Of a stretch of 64,000 nucleotides of DNA, positions 12,901 to 26,004 are shown piece by piece. The notes under the pieces are model-generated. The model worked only from the letters and a program-made list of their open reading frames with translations. It was not told the DNA's origin and made no database searches. The DNA lies in the NCBI GenBank assembly GCA_030704615.1, contig CM060733.1, forward strand, positions 60,450,001 to 60,514,000. Reading direction: 5' to 3'. Made by a program: the position numbers and the translations under genes. Source of the stretch: Takakia lepidozioides. Its lineage: Eukaryota; Plantae; Bryophyta. Each line of letters starts with the position of its first letter. Within the stretch, counting starts at the first letter, position 1.

Positions 12901-13176
12901 TCCGACCATAAAAAATCTGGCTTGCTGTAAATCAAATTTGAGGACGAGCTATAACGTCGTACCATCCAGGGGATAGCTGAAAGGAAACACTCGTCCTTGA
13001 ATGCACTGATCACAGAACACACTTCCCGTCACCACCGCTGACCACCATGTCCAATCCTTCTGCCCTCCGAAGGTATCTGTTTGGGCTGGCGACTGAGCTT
13101 GGGATAGCCCCGCTGCAGAGAGCAACCCCCACAATATCGTGCACGCACACAGTCCATAAACCCCACCTGTCCTCAT
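11516..13176 (-). CDS. Secreted Pollen Ole e 1 domain protein with protodermal-factor-1-like C-terminus (FOCL1/At2g16630-like)
   Basis: Exons 13176-12963, 12403-12052 and 11861-11516 join in frame (G|GT, TA|T). Signal peptide, VTGSVFCDQC..GAKVTVQC..TNFLGDF (Ole e 1), then LLREATAALLNSY..FHAANSG..CLLVPCK. Confidence 0.85.
12841..12896. repeat. (TC)28 microsatellite in intron 1 of the Ole e 1 gene
   Basis: Pure TC run read directly from the sequence. Confidence 0.98.
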
Positions 13177-15187
13177 CCTGTTCCCGTCCTGGTGTCACCT
13201 CCTGGATCCCTCGCAAAACCAAACTTGCAATGTTTTCCTGTGTGTGCTGGTAGTCAAGAGATCGCAACGGCAGAAACTTGCTTAAAGAACGGGAGAGTGA
13301 ATGCCAGCTGAGGCAGAAGAAAAATTCAACAACTCAACTCCGAGGGAAAACTGGACATGAGAAACAGTCGCAACCAATGTTCAGCTGAATCTGCATCACC
13401 GTGTGAAGCAGAGAAGAAACTAAATAGTGCAGATCCACACACAGCTCCGAAACTGTAAAATGTGGAGCGGGATGATCAGTTATCTAATATGGGCCAGACC
13501 AATTACAGAGCTGAAGCTGTATAAATGTACTACGACTTACCAGGACTGAGAAACAGAAGATACAAAAGCTACCCACAAAAAAATCAAACAAGAGAATGAG
13601 TCCCTAGCTTCCGCCGTCCAAAGGAACCCAAAACAGCACAATGTACCTCAGTATATGTGTAGGTGCAGAAGAAAACAAATGTGTAAACGTCTTGCTCTCT
13701 ATCGGAAAAGGAACTGGAAGAAGAAACAAAGTCTCAAGCAACACTTCAAAGAATCCAAAACTACTAAAAAGAGGTAGTAGTGTCAGAAGCTGTACGAGTG
13801 ATTGAATGAGGAGTAGCTAGAAGCAGAGATGAAGCCGCACAAACAGCGAAGGAGCTGCGACTGTGGAGAGAGAGAAGAGCGGCAGCATATAAGAAGGTAC
13901 CGGGCACTGCCAGTTGCCGGGGAGCAGAGGCGGTGGCATAAAGACGGTAGTTAGGGCCGAGTTGACCGGCCACCGGCCTGACAGGTCGCTGTCATAACGC
14001 GCTTTCTAAGGAAGAAATTGAGGTCCGAGAAATGGAATTCATTTATTTCGTTCAGTTAGTAATTTTATCGCAGGGTGGCAACATCCCGCAGCCACCGCCA
14101 TCGCCATCACTCTCTTCTCGTCTCTTGATGCTCTGCAGGCCCGATCCGATTCGTCCCAGCGATGGCAGAGGACCTCGATTCTGACTTTGAGATGAAGCAA
14201 GACGGTGCCGAGCTTGTGAAGTTGGGTGAATTGGATCTTTGGAATGCCATTTCACGTTTCGGAGATCGAACCAGTTAAGATTGGGCACATCTGAGCTAAT
14301 TGGCATTCATTCTATGATGTGCGCCACCAGCCCTCTCTGAACTCGTTGAAAAACTCCATCAAGAATGGAGGGCCCACTCCCGGTGTGAGAGAAACAAGAT
14401 GGGTGTTGTAGATATAATAACTGCATCAGTGGGACGGTTCTTCTGTACATATATTGCCTCATTTGATGCAAAGTTTAATAACTTCGGCCTGTGACTTGCC
14501 CACTTGAGGATCATCCTTTGAGACTCTATAGGCGTGAGTAATAAGTAAAAATCGGTTCAGAGAACTTACTGTTGAGTCTGTGAGTAGATAAGTGTTGCAC
14601 GAGGAGAATCCGATGAGCTGAGCGTAAAATAAAAAGTGTCTTTTCTGAATATATGTACATCCCTCTCCTTACCCGGTGATCGGTTTTGTCATATCACGGT
14701 GCCCTGTTTCATACATGGTATCCTAAGCATACATTATGCCCTATTTCAAAATCATTCTTACAGGAATTCAAATTTCAAATGGCAAATCTGAGGAAACGAA
14801 TGGACGTTCAGATATACGCCACATGGTCACATACACTGCCACCCCAATCGAGGGTTTTGCTACCCTCGTCGTGCATTTCCGTTCTCTCCATGCTTCCGAA
14901 ACACATCCCTACCCTGGCACTCTGCATTCACATTCTAAATCGAATTGTTGTTGTATCTTGCACAAGTTGTTCATGAAGCATTCCATAGTAAATTGCAATT
15001 GTGTGCATGTTTGGCCCACATAAAGAAGTTGGTGTTTTCATAGGGTGCAATTTGTTGTCTGATGCATAAATATACCAACTATACATGCCATAATCTGCCA
15101 GCAGAATAAAAGAGTACGACGTTTGTGGCAGGATAGGGCAGCGAAAGAAGACAACAACAAACTCAGAAGGATCTTGTTTGTGTAAGC

Positions 15188-15930
15188 ATGGCTGAAGTGG
15201 TTGAAGATGGCAAAATTTTGCCCCACCTTCTTTGTAACTGCAAGGTCTGCTACAAACACCAAAGACAAGTACTTTCACACACCATGACGTGCAATGGAGG
15301 TCCCAATGGCATGGACAGACACCTGATCAGAACACAGCTGAAATTACATATATCCCTTGGAATCGGGTGGTCGACTTCATTGCTGGTGAGTCCTCCCTGA
15401 AGGAGGCCCCATGCACCTTCCGAAGTCATCGACAGAAGGGCACCCCTGCTGGGAGTCTTCAGGCACCACGTCAGGCACCACGCATCAATAGTGCCATGAA
15501 CATTACAAGGTATGAATTAGTGGCAGCCTAGTGATGGACTAGTGGCTGCACTAGTGGAGACTAGTGGTTGTCTAGTGGCAGCCTAGTGGTGCACTAGTGG
15601 TGGACGAGTGATAGACTAGTGTTTGGTGTGCACATGTGTTGTGTGGTTTTGGACAGCGATGTAGTTGTGTAGCGATATGTATGCGCACGACACTGTGCAA
15701 GTTTAGTTTTTTTTTATCCCCAAAAAGCAGATGACAATATAGGCATCTGTATTGTCGTCTGTTAGACGCACCAGGTTCATGCATCCTCGCCTTGGAGTAG
15801 GCCTCGCATATGAGGTCCTCGTATTCATCAGTTTCATATGTCTCGCGGTATTCCCTTCGGTTCTCTATCATTTTGCTCTCCATCATCGTGATTGTTGCGT
15901 CTGCCAACACTTGCAGCACCGTGCAAACCT
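15188..15930. mobile_element. Internally deleted Mutator-like remnant: transposase N-terminus (+, ~15188-15509) converging on a zinc-finger-like accessory exon (-, ~15928-15630)
   Basis: IPWNRVVDFIAGESSLKEAPCTF matches IPWDRVADFVHGEESMEDCPTQY of the transposase at 52155..52613. EYEDLICEAY..RCLYC..DKKKLNLH matches EYDRKIVEAC..RCPFC..DKIQLNRH at ~27.7-27.85 kb. Termini were not identified. Confidence 0.75.
15517..15622. repeat. Degenerate ~11-bp tandem array with CTAGTGG core
   Basis: About nine CTAGTG(G)-like units follow the donor AG|gtatga of the remnant transposase. Confidence 0.85.
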
Positions 15931-18739
15931 ACACAGCCAATGCCCACTGGAAATCATAAGCAAGGTATAAATCATGCAAAGGCCAATTGCATCCATGGCC
16001 CATGAATCCAGCCAATATACCTTAGACAATGATATGCATGTCATTAATAGTAAACCCTAAACCCCAAAACACCACGAATGAACTGCAGCTCATATGACAG
16101 CCATATATGGAGATGGAGAGTGAAAATACAGCAAAGTGCGGAAAGAAGCAAAGAATGCGATAGCTGGTATGTGCGCGTCCGTAGAGGGAGACAGTGAATT
16201 ATGGAAAGTGATGCCGTCACCTTGAATTCTTTCGGAATACAACATCACAAATTGCAAAATAGGTAGGTTTATGCCTTACCAGACTTCCCAGGATCAGCAA
16301 AGATTCAGCAAAAGAACGAACTCCTCACCTCAGCTCCATATGAAACAATGTGTTCACCTCACCTCCATATGAATGCTTGCATGAAGTGGTTTGAGGACTA
16401 GCAAACAGGCCAACTTGTCCACTTTGCTAAGTAGTGTACTGATAAAACGATTGCCGAGTATGTGTATGGTGCATTTAGGGCAAGAGAGTTGTTGTTCATA
16501 CGCAGTAGTTTCCTTAAACCCATGCCCCGTCCGTCGTTTTTAGTATCCCTAGTTGTCGACCGAACAAAACCATGTTTCAATTACGATCCAGCGGGAGAAT
16601 CTATGCATGAATCTGTGAAAGAACCAACAAAGAAATGAACATGGCAGAGATGTGAGGGTTTCGGATGTTCATTGCAGAAATCACTCACCCGCAAGGTATA
16701 AACTGGACGAAGAGAACAATGAAAATCCAAAGAAGCGCAATGGTACTGTTGATCGTTTCTGGAGCGATAACAAGGACCTGCATGCAAGATACGTTTGTTG
16801 CGCAAGCGTTGCAACCTTCGAACACGGCAAATACATCCTGCATCGTAACGATTGCCCAATGCTGTCCACCCAATTGACGCATGACAGGACGCGGTACGCC
16901 AACAATAGAAACGAAAGCGAAAGCTGGTACGTGTATTCTCCACCTTAACCTTACCCTGGTCATTTTAGATGCATGGGGTCATATGGATGCAATGGCATGC
17001 ATGGGGAGTGTGAAGGCATGCATGGGGGATGGACGACGATGGCATGCCCAGGATGGGAGGCGGGATGGGGATGCGGGTGAGGACACGTCTCATGTCCCCG
17101 CAGCGGGCACATGAGGCGCGGGGAGGCGTGCCGCGCGGCAGCTCCCGCGCGGTGTGCGGGCGGGCGACTGAGGCGGGGGTGGGCATGGGGTGGCGGGGGG
17201 GTCCACGCTGGCTGCACCGGCTCCCTCGCATTCAACTCCAGGGCCCCATCTAATGCTTGGCGTTTTATTAGGTGGGACGGGGGAGTCGCGGTCAACCTAG
17301 TGCCTGCTGCCTACCTGCATGTCAGGTTTATTAGATACAAAGATGGTGAAGTGTCGGATGAAGAAGGTAGGATACCTAGTACATAGTGGTGCATTGAAAG
17401 GAGCAGATGCACTTATCCAAAGGGGAGCGTCGCTGCAGCTACCTACGAGTGCGGCTCAGATAAGCGCTGCCTGCAGCCTGCTCTTGCGCTTGCCCTTCTT
17501 TATTCAGCTCATCATATGTGTCTGCTGTGTGGGCCCCTTGCCTTCTTAGTTCCTTCTCTTCATGCTCGGGACAAAAACTCAGCTAATCAATGCCCAGGGT
17601 ATTCGGGATGCGCACTGTGATTAGACACAAATGAGCAATTCTAACTTTAGCCGTTAACAAGTCGGTGGAGCATTGGGAATTGATGCTAACCCTAACAATC
17701 GCCTCTGTGTACAAATGTAAAAGAGATGGAAGCAGTAGAAATGATTGAGAGAGATGAACCCCAAAACTCTTCATCTTTGCATCAAAATATGGATTGAGGA
17801 TGTTCTGTGGAAACCAGAATGATTTGTGGGCCAAGTTTTGATCTGTCATTCTGAACCAAATCATCATGGTTCACTCTTTGCCACATCACACAGTTTGAAG
17901 AACACAGAAAGTTAAAATTCAGTATGGTGTGTCTGAGGCATCAGCCAAGCACTTGCCTCCAGCCATCAGCAGGTAAAGCAAATAGTAACTTCCATTCTGG
18001 AAGTGTATGGAGACTCCCATTGAGGCGACACATGTGGACTCCGAAATGACTCAAGCTTGACTAGCTTTTATCTCATCTTGGCTTGCCGCACCTTCATACT
18101 CTCCAGCATGTGCATATTCTAAGCTACATAGTTCATGTCTATGCTGTCAAAGGATCCTTTATAGTCACTGAAGCAATATTACAATCCTCCATGTCGTCAA
18201 GTTATAACAAATTCTCAGAATTCTCCCATTTGTCACATTGATGACGGAAGCTGCCTTGCTTGCTACCCAATGTCAAACACTTGAGCCTGGTAGAGCAAGC
18301 GCAAAAGAATAGGGAGGTATAAAGGGCACCTATCGCATGGGGAAACAGTTGTAAAGGGAAAACTTCTACCAAATTGCCCGATAGTGAGGGCACCACCGTA
18401 ACATGGTCCTGGGTTCACATCCGCATGGGCCCACGGGAGTGGTTACCCTACGCAATCAACACGGCTGCAAGGGGGTTCCCTAAGATCAAACTGATCAACT
18501 GGGTTTGTCAAGCATATAATCAGGTCATTCAGGGTTCTGCAGTTGACAGAATTTTCAAGGAACTGAGAATCAGCACACCATAAGGATCTGAACATGTCGA
18601 AGGTGCCATGTCTTCCTAAAAATGGACATAGTCCACATCCCTATGAGGTCAGGGGTGTTTTTCAAAAAGGCACCCAAGTCACTCTTGTCGATCGTTATGA
18701 AGGAAAGCATAAAACAAACCTATTCCAGTCCCTTCCAGA

Positions 18740-21700
18740 TCAAGGGACTTGGATATTTTGAAACAGCTCAGGCAAGTGGGCATTTGTGTACTTGGTGCGT
18801 TTGGATTCCCTTCTCTTCTTTTGCTTGGGCTTTGGGCGCTGTGAAACAGGCACCCCTGCCATGGCTTCCCTTCTTGCTGAATTAGTGGCTGGCTTCATGC
18901 CCGCCTTTTGAAGCTCACGCTCCACATCCATAAACTCGCGGGGCATTTCTATTCCCCTAATGAGCTGCTTCACATCGTCATCCACCTATTTCAACAAAGG
19001 GTGCCCAAAGGAGAGGTGATTAGAAGTGGATACTCTAAACAGACCAACAAGGGGGCTGGGATGTACCACTTAGCAGTTAGATCTGATTGTTGGCTTCAAG
19101 GGCGTGGCCCCTTCAATGGTTGTGAGGTTTCCCACCAGAGTGCGAACCAGCTTAGCGAAAGTCTCACACACAGCTAACAAGCATCCAACTACAAGGATTG
19201 AGCACTTCAACACTGTATTGCACAAGAAACATATGCTGTTTCATTTCTTTATCTTCTAGCGAAGCCCTCAACCCTATTCTCATCCATATCACAATATTAC
19301 ACAAGAATGTTGATTTCTCCATACACACAAGTGCAGCCCTGCACGCACCATATAATTTACAGAACCAACAAAAATTCAGTACCTTGACGGTAATTAATTT
19401 AGGGTCGTTGGGGTATACAATATCCTCCTGTGTGTCACTGTTCATGAGAAGCCACACTGACCCACTTGCTTTTAGCTCCTGCCAAACGACCAGGTAAATC
19501 CACACACAAAAGTGAGGTCCAGGAAGTTTGGATGATTTCAACAGACAAACTGGGAAGACTTAAACTTCACGAGTGTGAAACTACTCACACCTTACACTTC
19601 TGGATAATGAAAGGAAAATATCAGCCATCTATCTTTAAGACAAAATGACAACGGGTTTTAAGAGGTGCGTCTGCAGGTAGAAAGGGGTTGAGGGATATAA
19701 ACGTGGGAAAGAGGAACATCAATAGAAGTCCCCAGAACACAATCTTTTACATGACATCTTGAAATCTGTGGGTATGCCCCCCGAGCATTACGGCAGCCTC
19801 AACCAAAAGGCAAACCGCCCTTGGACTGTTATATCTAGCCTCAATTTGTACTGTTGATTTGTAGAAGTCAGGCATCACCTGAACATCATTCATGATACCA
19901 GCGTAGGAGTCCTTGAGGTCACCCATGGGAATGCCTTCAGGTACCTTCCGTATCAACACCAGCAACTCTTGCTTGTTTTTCAGATCGTGCTTTGACTGCA
20001 AACTCATCACCCATCCCAACATTAGCCAATTAGATCGTATAATAGGGAGTGTAGCGCAAAGTCAACGGAAAGTGTTCCTGGATATCTGCTTGTTCAAAAG
20101 CCTGTTATAAACCCCACACCCAGTTCAGCAAGGAAAGAGAGGGACAAAAACAGGAAAAGAAACGAAGTGACCTTTGGCCCATATTGCCAAGCTAGGCAGA
20201 ACATTCACCTTGTAAGCAAACCGGTCACCATCAAAGGACACCTTCACATTGTTTTTTAGGGCATCAAAGACTTCTTTGTTGATCTTCACATCTACAAAAC
20301 ATGCATCGTTGATCTCATCTGGCAACAACGACTGCCTTGTCTGCACACATTACCCACACCCTGTCAGAAGTGAATCCATCTCCAAAGTCCTCTGAATTGG
20401 GGTGTGTGCATACAAACCGAGGAAGGTGACCTGGTGATCTAATTCCTCAACTCACTTTACTCCACACACAGTTCATCCTGTTTCACCTTGCAGCTGTAAG
20501 CCTAGCTCTTCCCTCATCAGCATTAGCTTATTATGAAGGCAAACTTGCCCCTAATAATTGCCCAGACCCTACCAAATGTGCAACAAACCCTTCTAATAGT
20601 TTCAATACTCCGCGACAATGTCCCCAAAAATATAATCACTACCCTGGTAGTTCAACTTTCCTTCAAAAAATCCAGTCATCCTCAGGATACTCTGTACATT
20701 GGAGTCTTATATGAGTATCACCAAATCTCTACCAACTGCTGTAACATCTTGTAACGAGGGTGAGCCAGGTCATTAAAACAAGCAAAGCAACCACCATGAG
20801 ACTTCAGATTGACTGCAGCTCAGATAACATAAACTGCTGAATGTATAAAGAATGCGGCAGATTATGGATCTTTTAGACCAGAATTATTGCCTAGCAAGCT
20901 GATACCATACCAACAGGAAAAATTCCTGCCAACCTCTCATCCACATTAGTACGAGGCATTTTCATGGAAATACTCGTTAAAAGTTGGTAGGACGTCCAGC
21001 CCATCCACAGTCCCTGGTGAGCCACCCTTTCAGTATGCTGACAGCCCAACCCTAATTGAGAAGAACCCAGGACTCTTAAATGCTTTTCAATGCTCCATCA
21101 AAAGTAGCTTCTGTAATCTCCCCGTTCACCAGAGAATGTACTCATAAGACGTTGTTTGCTGTAACCTTGTGGCCATTAACCCCTCGCTTAGTTTGAGCGG
21201 AACTCCCTGTTCACCAGAGAGAGAGAGAGAGGAAGCGAGACACGCATGCATCAGCCGTCCTTGTCGACTTAGTGCCAGACCAGAATACCCAAGGAGGCTA
21301 ATGGCTCCGCCTTGAAGCGTTAAAATACAATAGCTGAGCCGCCAATTGTGTCCAGAGCATCTTGTAGGTTTGTGTTGTTTTCTGAATTCGAGACCCCATC
21401 CTACGCTTACATAGGCCCTTTCCTTCCCTCTACAATTTGTGCTCATTTGTTGAAAGCGTAGGTTATGATTCACTCACCTCAAGCAGAAGTTCCAAAACAC
21501 GCTTGATCTGAGCACCAACGGGCGCCTTTCTTATAGTGGCAATCTGCTGGAGCTTTTCTGTGTCGTTGATGAAGGAAAATCGCTGGGCAAAGGGGACTTG
21601 TGGTTGCGAACTCGGTGGGAGAGGTGGTGGCTTCCGCGACGACCCAGCTTTTGTTTGGGCCGCCGGCTGCGCAGGACGAACTGTATGTTTTGCAAGAGTT

Positions 21701-21756
21701 GCCTGCATCTTCTCTTGCTGCTTGTTGAACATCGCAAGCTTTTGTGCGAGCGCCAT
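18740..21756 (-). CDS. TFA2: General transcription factor TFIIE beta subunit
   Basis: Exons 21756-21478, 20340-20209, 19995-19879, 19478-19383 and 18985-18740 join through phase-0 GT-AG introns. Motifs: VGAQIKRV, LKNNVKVSFDGDRFAYKSKHDLK, DLKDSY, YPNDPK, TNAHLPELF. Confidence 0.95.
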
Positions 21757-22463
21757 CTTGAAAACCTAATTCTCAAACAACACTTCAGAAATCTGAAAAA
21801 TTGACAATCCTAAGCTCTCTACCTCTCTCCCACACCGTCTGAAAATATCAGCACAAACCCAGTGGCTTCAACTGCTTTCGAATCAAAGAATTGTTGCTCA
21901 GATTGCAGCAAACCCAAGACAAAGCTGTAAACATCCGGCCAACTCCGAGCCTGACTCTTATTTAAAGCATTCACCTCTACCACCAATCCTGCCAGACCCT
22001 CCACAGATCACTTCTCCAATCTCCAAATCCCTTTCTCTTAAGAACCCAATTGCGCCTTCATCAAACCCAGATGCTTCAGACGGAATTCCTCGGAAGAAGA
22101 GATGAGAAAGAATGAATGGGAGAGAAGAAGAGCTTGAAACCTTTTGTTCATTACAAAAGCGGGATCACCAGTTAAAATCCGGCACGTGGCACACACGAAC
22201 TGCTTATTCCAGACAGAATATTAACTACAAATGGAGTATTTCCACGTGTACATATCGGGGGCTAAAACCCAGGTTACCAGAATCCTTTCTCATCGAGTAA
22301 TAGACTGCCACGTGTAATATCAAGGAGTCGAAACGAGGTGTCCTAAACGAGGGTTGGAGGAAGACGGTAGCGAGCGAAGCAGTCCTCTCTTTTGCTGTGC
22401 GTCTTCAGCCCACACAGACTCCGTCGCTCCGCTTGCTGTGCTCTTCGGATTGCATTGGCCATC
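21757..22463. promoter_or_regulatory. Shared divergent promoter/5' UTR region of TFIIE-beta and RPS28 with three G-box (CACGTG) motifs
   Basis: The two start codons are ~700 bp apart, head-to-head. CACGTG occurs at 22183, 22243 and 22309. Confidence 0.6.
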
Positions 22464-23490
22464 ATGGTTCGTTCTTCTCTGTAGCCTTCTGATTGCTGGT
22501 CGTTCTGTTTTTGTCTTGGGTTTTTTCTGGGATTGAACTTTGATGCCCTAAAACTTCATCTCTGTTGCATCGTATCTGTTTCCGCAGTGCTTGTGATATT
22601 AAGCTTTGATGGGGTTCATGTGTGACTGATCGTCATGTTGCGGTGTGGGCTATAATCGTGTGTTGGTTGAGAACGTCTTTCTTTCTACAGTTTTGTTGCC
22701 GGTTTTGGTGGGGGTAAAGGGATTGAGCTTTGATGCCGTGCCTTTGTGACTTCCCATGTCGGGTTCTATCTTCTCTCTATTCATTCGCACATGGTGATTT
22801 TCCGCGTTTGTTCTTATGTAGGCGCTTATGTTACTTTAGGGTACCGTGTTTGTGTTCAGCTCTTTGGGAGGAGTCTTGTCTTGATTGTTGTTTTCTCTTG
22901 TTTGGATCTGATTTGGTCCCGGTGTTTCTCCTAGGACGTGCTTTTGTTGTCCTCCCCTTTTCTTCTCTTTTTAGGGCTTTTGGATGCATTCTCGTTTTAC
23001 TTCTCACCTCCTACACCTTTCGGTTTGTGTCGTCGTGGTTGTAACAGGAGGGTCTAGAAAGGAGTAGGTTTATTCTGAATATCTCTGTGTAACAACCACG
23101 GCGTGGTGGAAGAGGTTGGGTGGCTAATGCGAATTTAGATGTGGATTTCTTTCTTGGTTGCAGGATACCGCAGTGAAATTGTCGATAGTGATGAGGGTGA
23201 TAGGCCGCACTGGGTCTCGAGGACAGGTGACCCAAGTGCGCGTGAAGTTTTTTGATGACCAAAACCGGCTCATCATGCGCAATGTCAAGGTGCCAGTGCG
23301 TGAAGGTATTCTCGTTCCCCCTCTTCCCCACCCTGGTACCTGGAACACACATAGGCTGCAAAGGACGAGGTCAGTTGTGTAGGAAAACTGTATTTGGTTC
23401 TAGTCGTTGACTGTCCCCTACAGACCGTGGCTAAGACAACCTACACGTGTTAGCTCCTGTCTATCCCTGTCACGCCCCTCTTTCCGAATG

Positions 23491-23525
<35 letters not shown>

Positions 23526-23857
23526 GATGTGAACAGATGTTGAAAGTATGTCAAGTAAGCATGTCATCGCTTGTGAAGAGGTATGAGATAAGCAGAATTT
23601 AGTGAGAGTATTACCATTAGACATTTCCCAGACAGCATGGAAGAGTGTAATAGGTATTGGAGAGATTTTTTATAATACTGTGCTATGAATAAAGGCAGCT
23701 TCATGGCAGCCCAAGGCCGAGAAATGTGACACTCTAGTATGCCTGAGACTGAGATTTTGAGTATTTGAAGTTGAACTGACATATAGAGGGGACCGACACT
23801 GCAGGTGACATTCTGACTCTTCTAGAATCTGAGAGAGAAGCAAGGAGGTTTCGGTAG
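22464..23857 (+). CDS. RPS28: 40S ribosomal protein S28 (65 aa)
   Basis: Exons 22464-22466 (ATG|gttcgt), 23164-23305 and 23805-23857 give [65 protein letters not shown]. Confidence 0.92.
23496..23524. repeat. (TC)n microsatellite in RPS28 intron 2
   Basis: Read directly from the sequence. Confidence 0.95.
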
Positions 23858-24591
23858 ACTGCCAGCTGCACAATTGTGGTACCACGGGTCTCGGATGGAA
23901 AAAAAATCGTAATTCTAGTCAAGTAGGGATGGCTTTTCCCTGTTTGCAAATGGAAGAGTTGTCTTCCCTGGTGCTGGCCTATTCTCCAAGCATGTCCTAT
24001 GGTCTCAATTAACGGATAATAAAATCAAAAGAAGGGTAATGGTTACTTGAGTCACTATGGCAGCTTGGTTACTTTTTGCATTAGGTGGACTTTTGTATCT
24101 GCTGACAATTTATTTAATGAAATTGAATGAACTTGGGTGCATTATTCCAAGACCTAGTTGGTCAGCATTTTTTTCAGTCGAAAGGCTAGCCTGGGGTTGA
24201 TGGCAAAGCAAGATTGCAAATCTCTGGAATTCTTTTCATCTAGAAAAAAATAACAAGATCCAGGTTTGGTCTGCTTGAAAAATGCGATTAGTGGTTTGGT
24301 TTTTAGTCGCTTGGAAGTATAATGTGAGATCAAGAACAGAGAACTATTTCAAAGTCTACAGGACCTGTCCAAGTGCAATAAATAGCATGAGACATTCAAT
24401 GACCAAGATTGCAATGTCGAGTATTTGTGTACCTCCCCTATACTCTCAAAAGTTTGTGGTGCAATAGAGGTTGAGCCATGTTACCAGAGTCTATGGCAAG
24501 ACACAGAAGGTACACTACATATATATATTGGAATACCATAAGTAACTGGTTTTTCTTTTTTCTTTTGTGTATATTTTTTAGGAGGTGTTAA

Positions 24592-25416
24592 CCCTTAAGT
24601 TCCCAAGCCCTTTTTTGAATTTTTACCAATTTTGGGTACCCAGCTGTATTAAATTGCCCCTAAAAACCTACCGAAAATCATCCAGAGATTCCAGTGTTAT
24701 AGCAATGGGCCCAGCTCATTTATGCATGACATACCAAAAAAGGAGCCAAGTCCCCTGCGGAAATTGTGAGATTATAGCGATGGCCCATACCTCAAATATC
24801 AGGTCCCAAAGAAAAAGTGAGAAAGAAATTGGTTTGACCAAATCAAAACCTAGCTTTATCCAATTTTGCTTGACCCAAGACCCACCATTTCCAAATCAAT
24901 AGTGGAGTGGCTATGACCCCACTAAAGTGCAGGTCCAACTGATTTTTTCACCTATGCTTGCTATTCATGCAATTACATGGGGGTTGAAATCTCAAAATTG
25001 ACAAGAGAAAATGTGCCTCCAAATGAAGTACTTTTTTTTTCTACAAATTTTTTAAAAGCCAATGGTGGATGTGTGTATGTAATGCCTCACACACCACAAG
25101 GTGAAGTGGCTTTTTTCCAAAATTGCTAATTTTTCTGCCAAAAATGGCCTTTTTGAGTGCAATCTGTTTTGGGCTTGTTTACCTGCTACGTCAGCGGTCA
25201 ACAAGTCCTTTTCAGGCCCCAAAAACGTAAATGAGAGATCTAAGATATTTTTTGTAGGCCGAAGCTTTTGTTTTTTTTTAATTTGTTTTTTTGCATCATA
25301 CTCGTGACAAATCTCTTGTCATTAAAGCTTCAGGAGTGGGATTAGATCTGCAAAAATTAGGTCGAACTGCAAATTCACCAAAGTGACCCGATTTAGGTCG
25401 CTTGGGAACTTAAGGG
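24592..25416. mobile_element. 825-bp non-autonomous TIR element with piggyBac-type ends
   Basis: TTAA|CCCTTAAGTTCCCAAGC ... GCTTGGGAACTTAAGGG|TTAA: perfect 17-bp TIR, TTAA on both sides and CCC/GGG termini. No recognisable coding capacity. Confidence 0.85.
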
Positions 25417-25703
25417 TTAAAGGGTGGATGTGTTTAAGAATATGGTGCCATATATTATGACTAAATCGTTTGAAAATATGGTGAAAAATGACACAAAAAA
25501 ATAGAAATGGTTGACGAATTGCACTACAATTTTCCATTTTAAGTATCAATAGTATATTTTGTTATGATGAACTCGATATATATGAATAATCGGAGATTGA
25601 ATAATATGGGAAGATAATAGGAATAATGTAAGAACTTAATGCACACGTGCAACCTCTGACAGGATATTATTGTCTTCCAGTAATATAAACTTGATATACG
25701 TTA

Positions 25704-26004
25704 GCCTCTCATTTTACAATAATAGGGTCATGAACGCAAGAAGGACGGTGGGGGCCGTCGTCCGGACGACGGGCGCCCCCCCCCACGCGCCCGCCCGCCC
25801 ACGCCCGCCGCTGGTGCCGCGGCTGCCCCTCCCGGGGTCCGTCCCCTGGTGCCGCTCCGTCTCTGTCCGCTCCGCTGTCGGCCAGCCGCTGGGGCGGGTC
25901 CGCTCCCGCTAGTCCGCCTGTCCGCGGGTCCGCCCGCCTGCAAGATCTGGGCCGTCCAGTACCTGAATCCCATCGCAGCCCTCCCATTTAGAGGGCCTTA
26001 TCTC
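25704..26004 (+). repeat. Left TIR of the MULE
   Basis: Reverse complement of 52652-52951, with internal indels. Confidence 0.9.

Noticed and set aside
12819-13022. ORF with a poly-(RE) tract
   Set aside because: It is a translation of the intronic (AG)n microsatellite.
16549-17300. GC-rich, CATG-rich segment ending in CTAG|T: possible Helitron end or TIR of the MULE remnant
   Set aside because: No convincing terminal hairpin, partner TIR or TSD could be identified by eye.
23158-23382. RPS28 looks truncated or pseudogenised in the ORF track
   Set aside because: The missing C-terminus ([17 protein letters not shown]) is in a third exon at 23805-23857, joined in frame.
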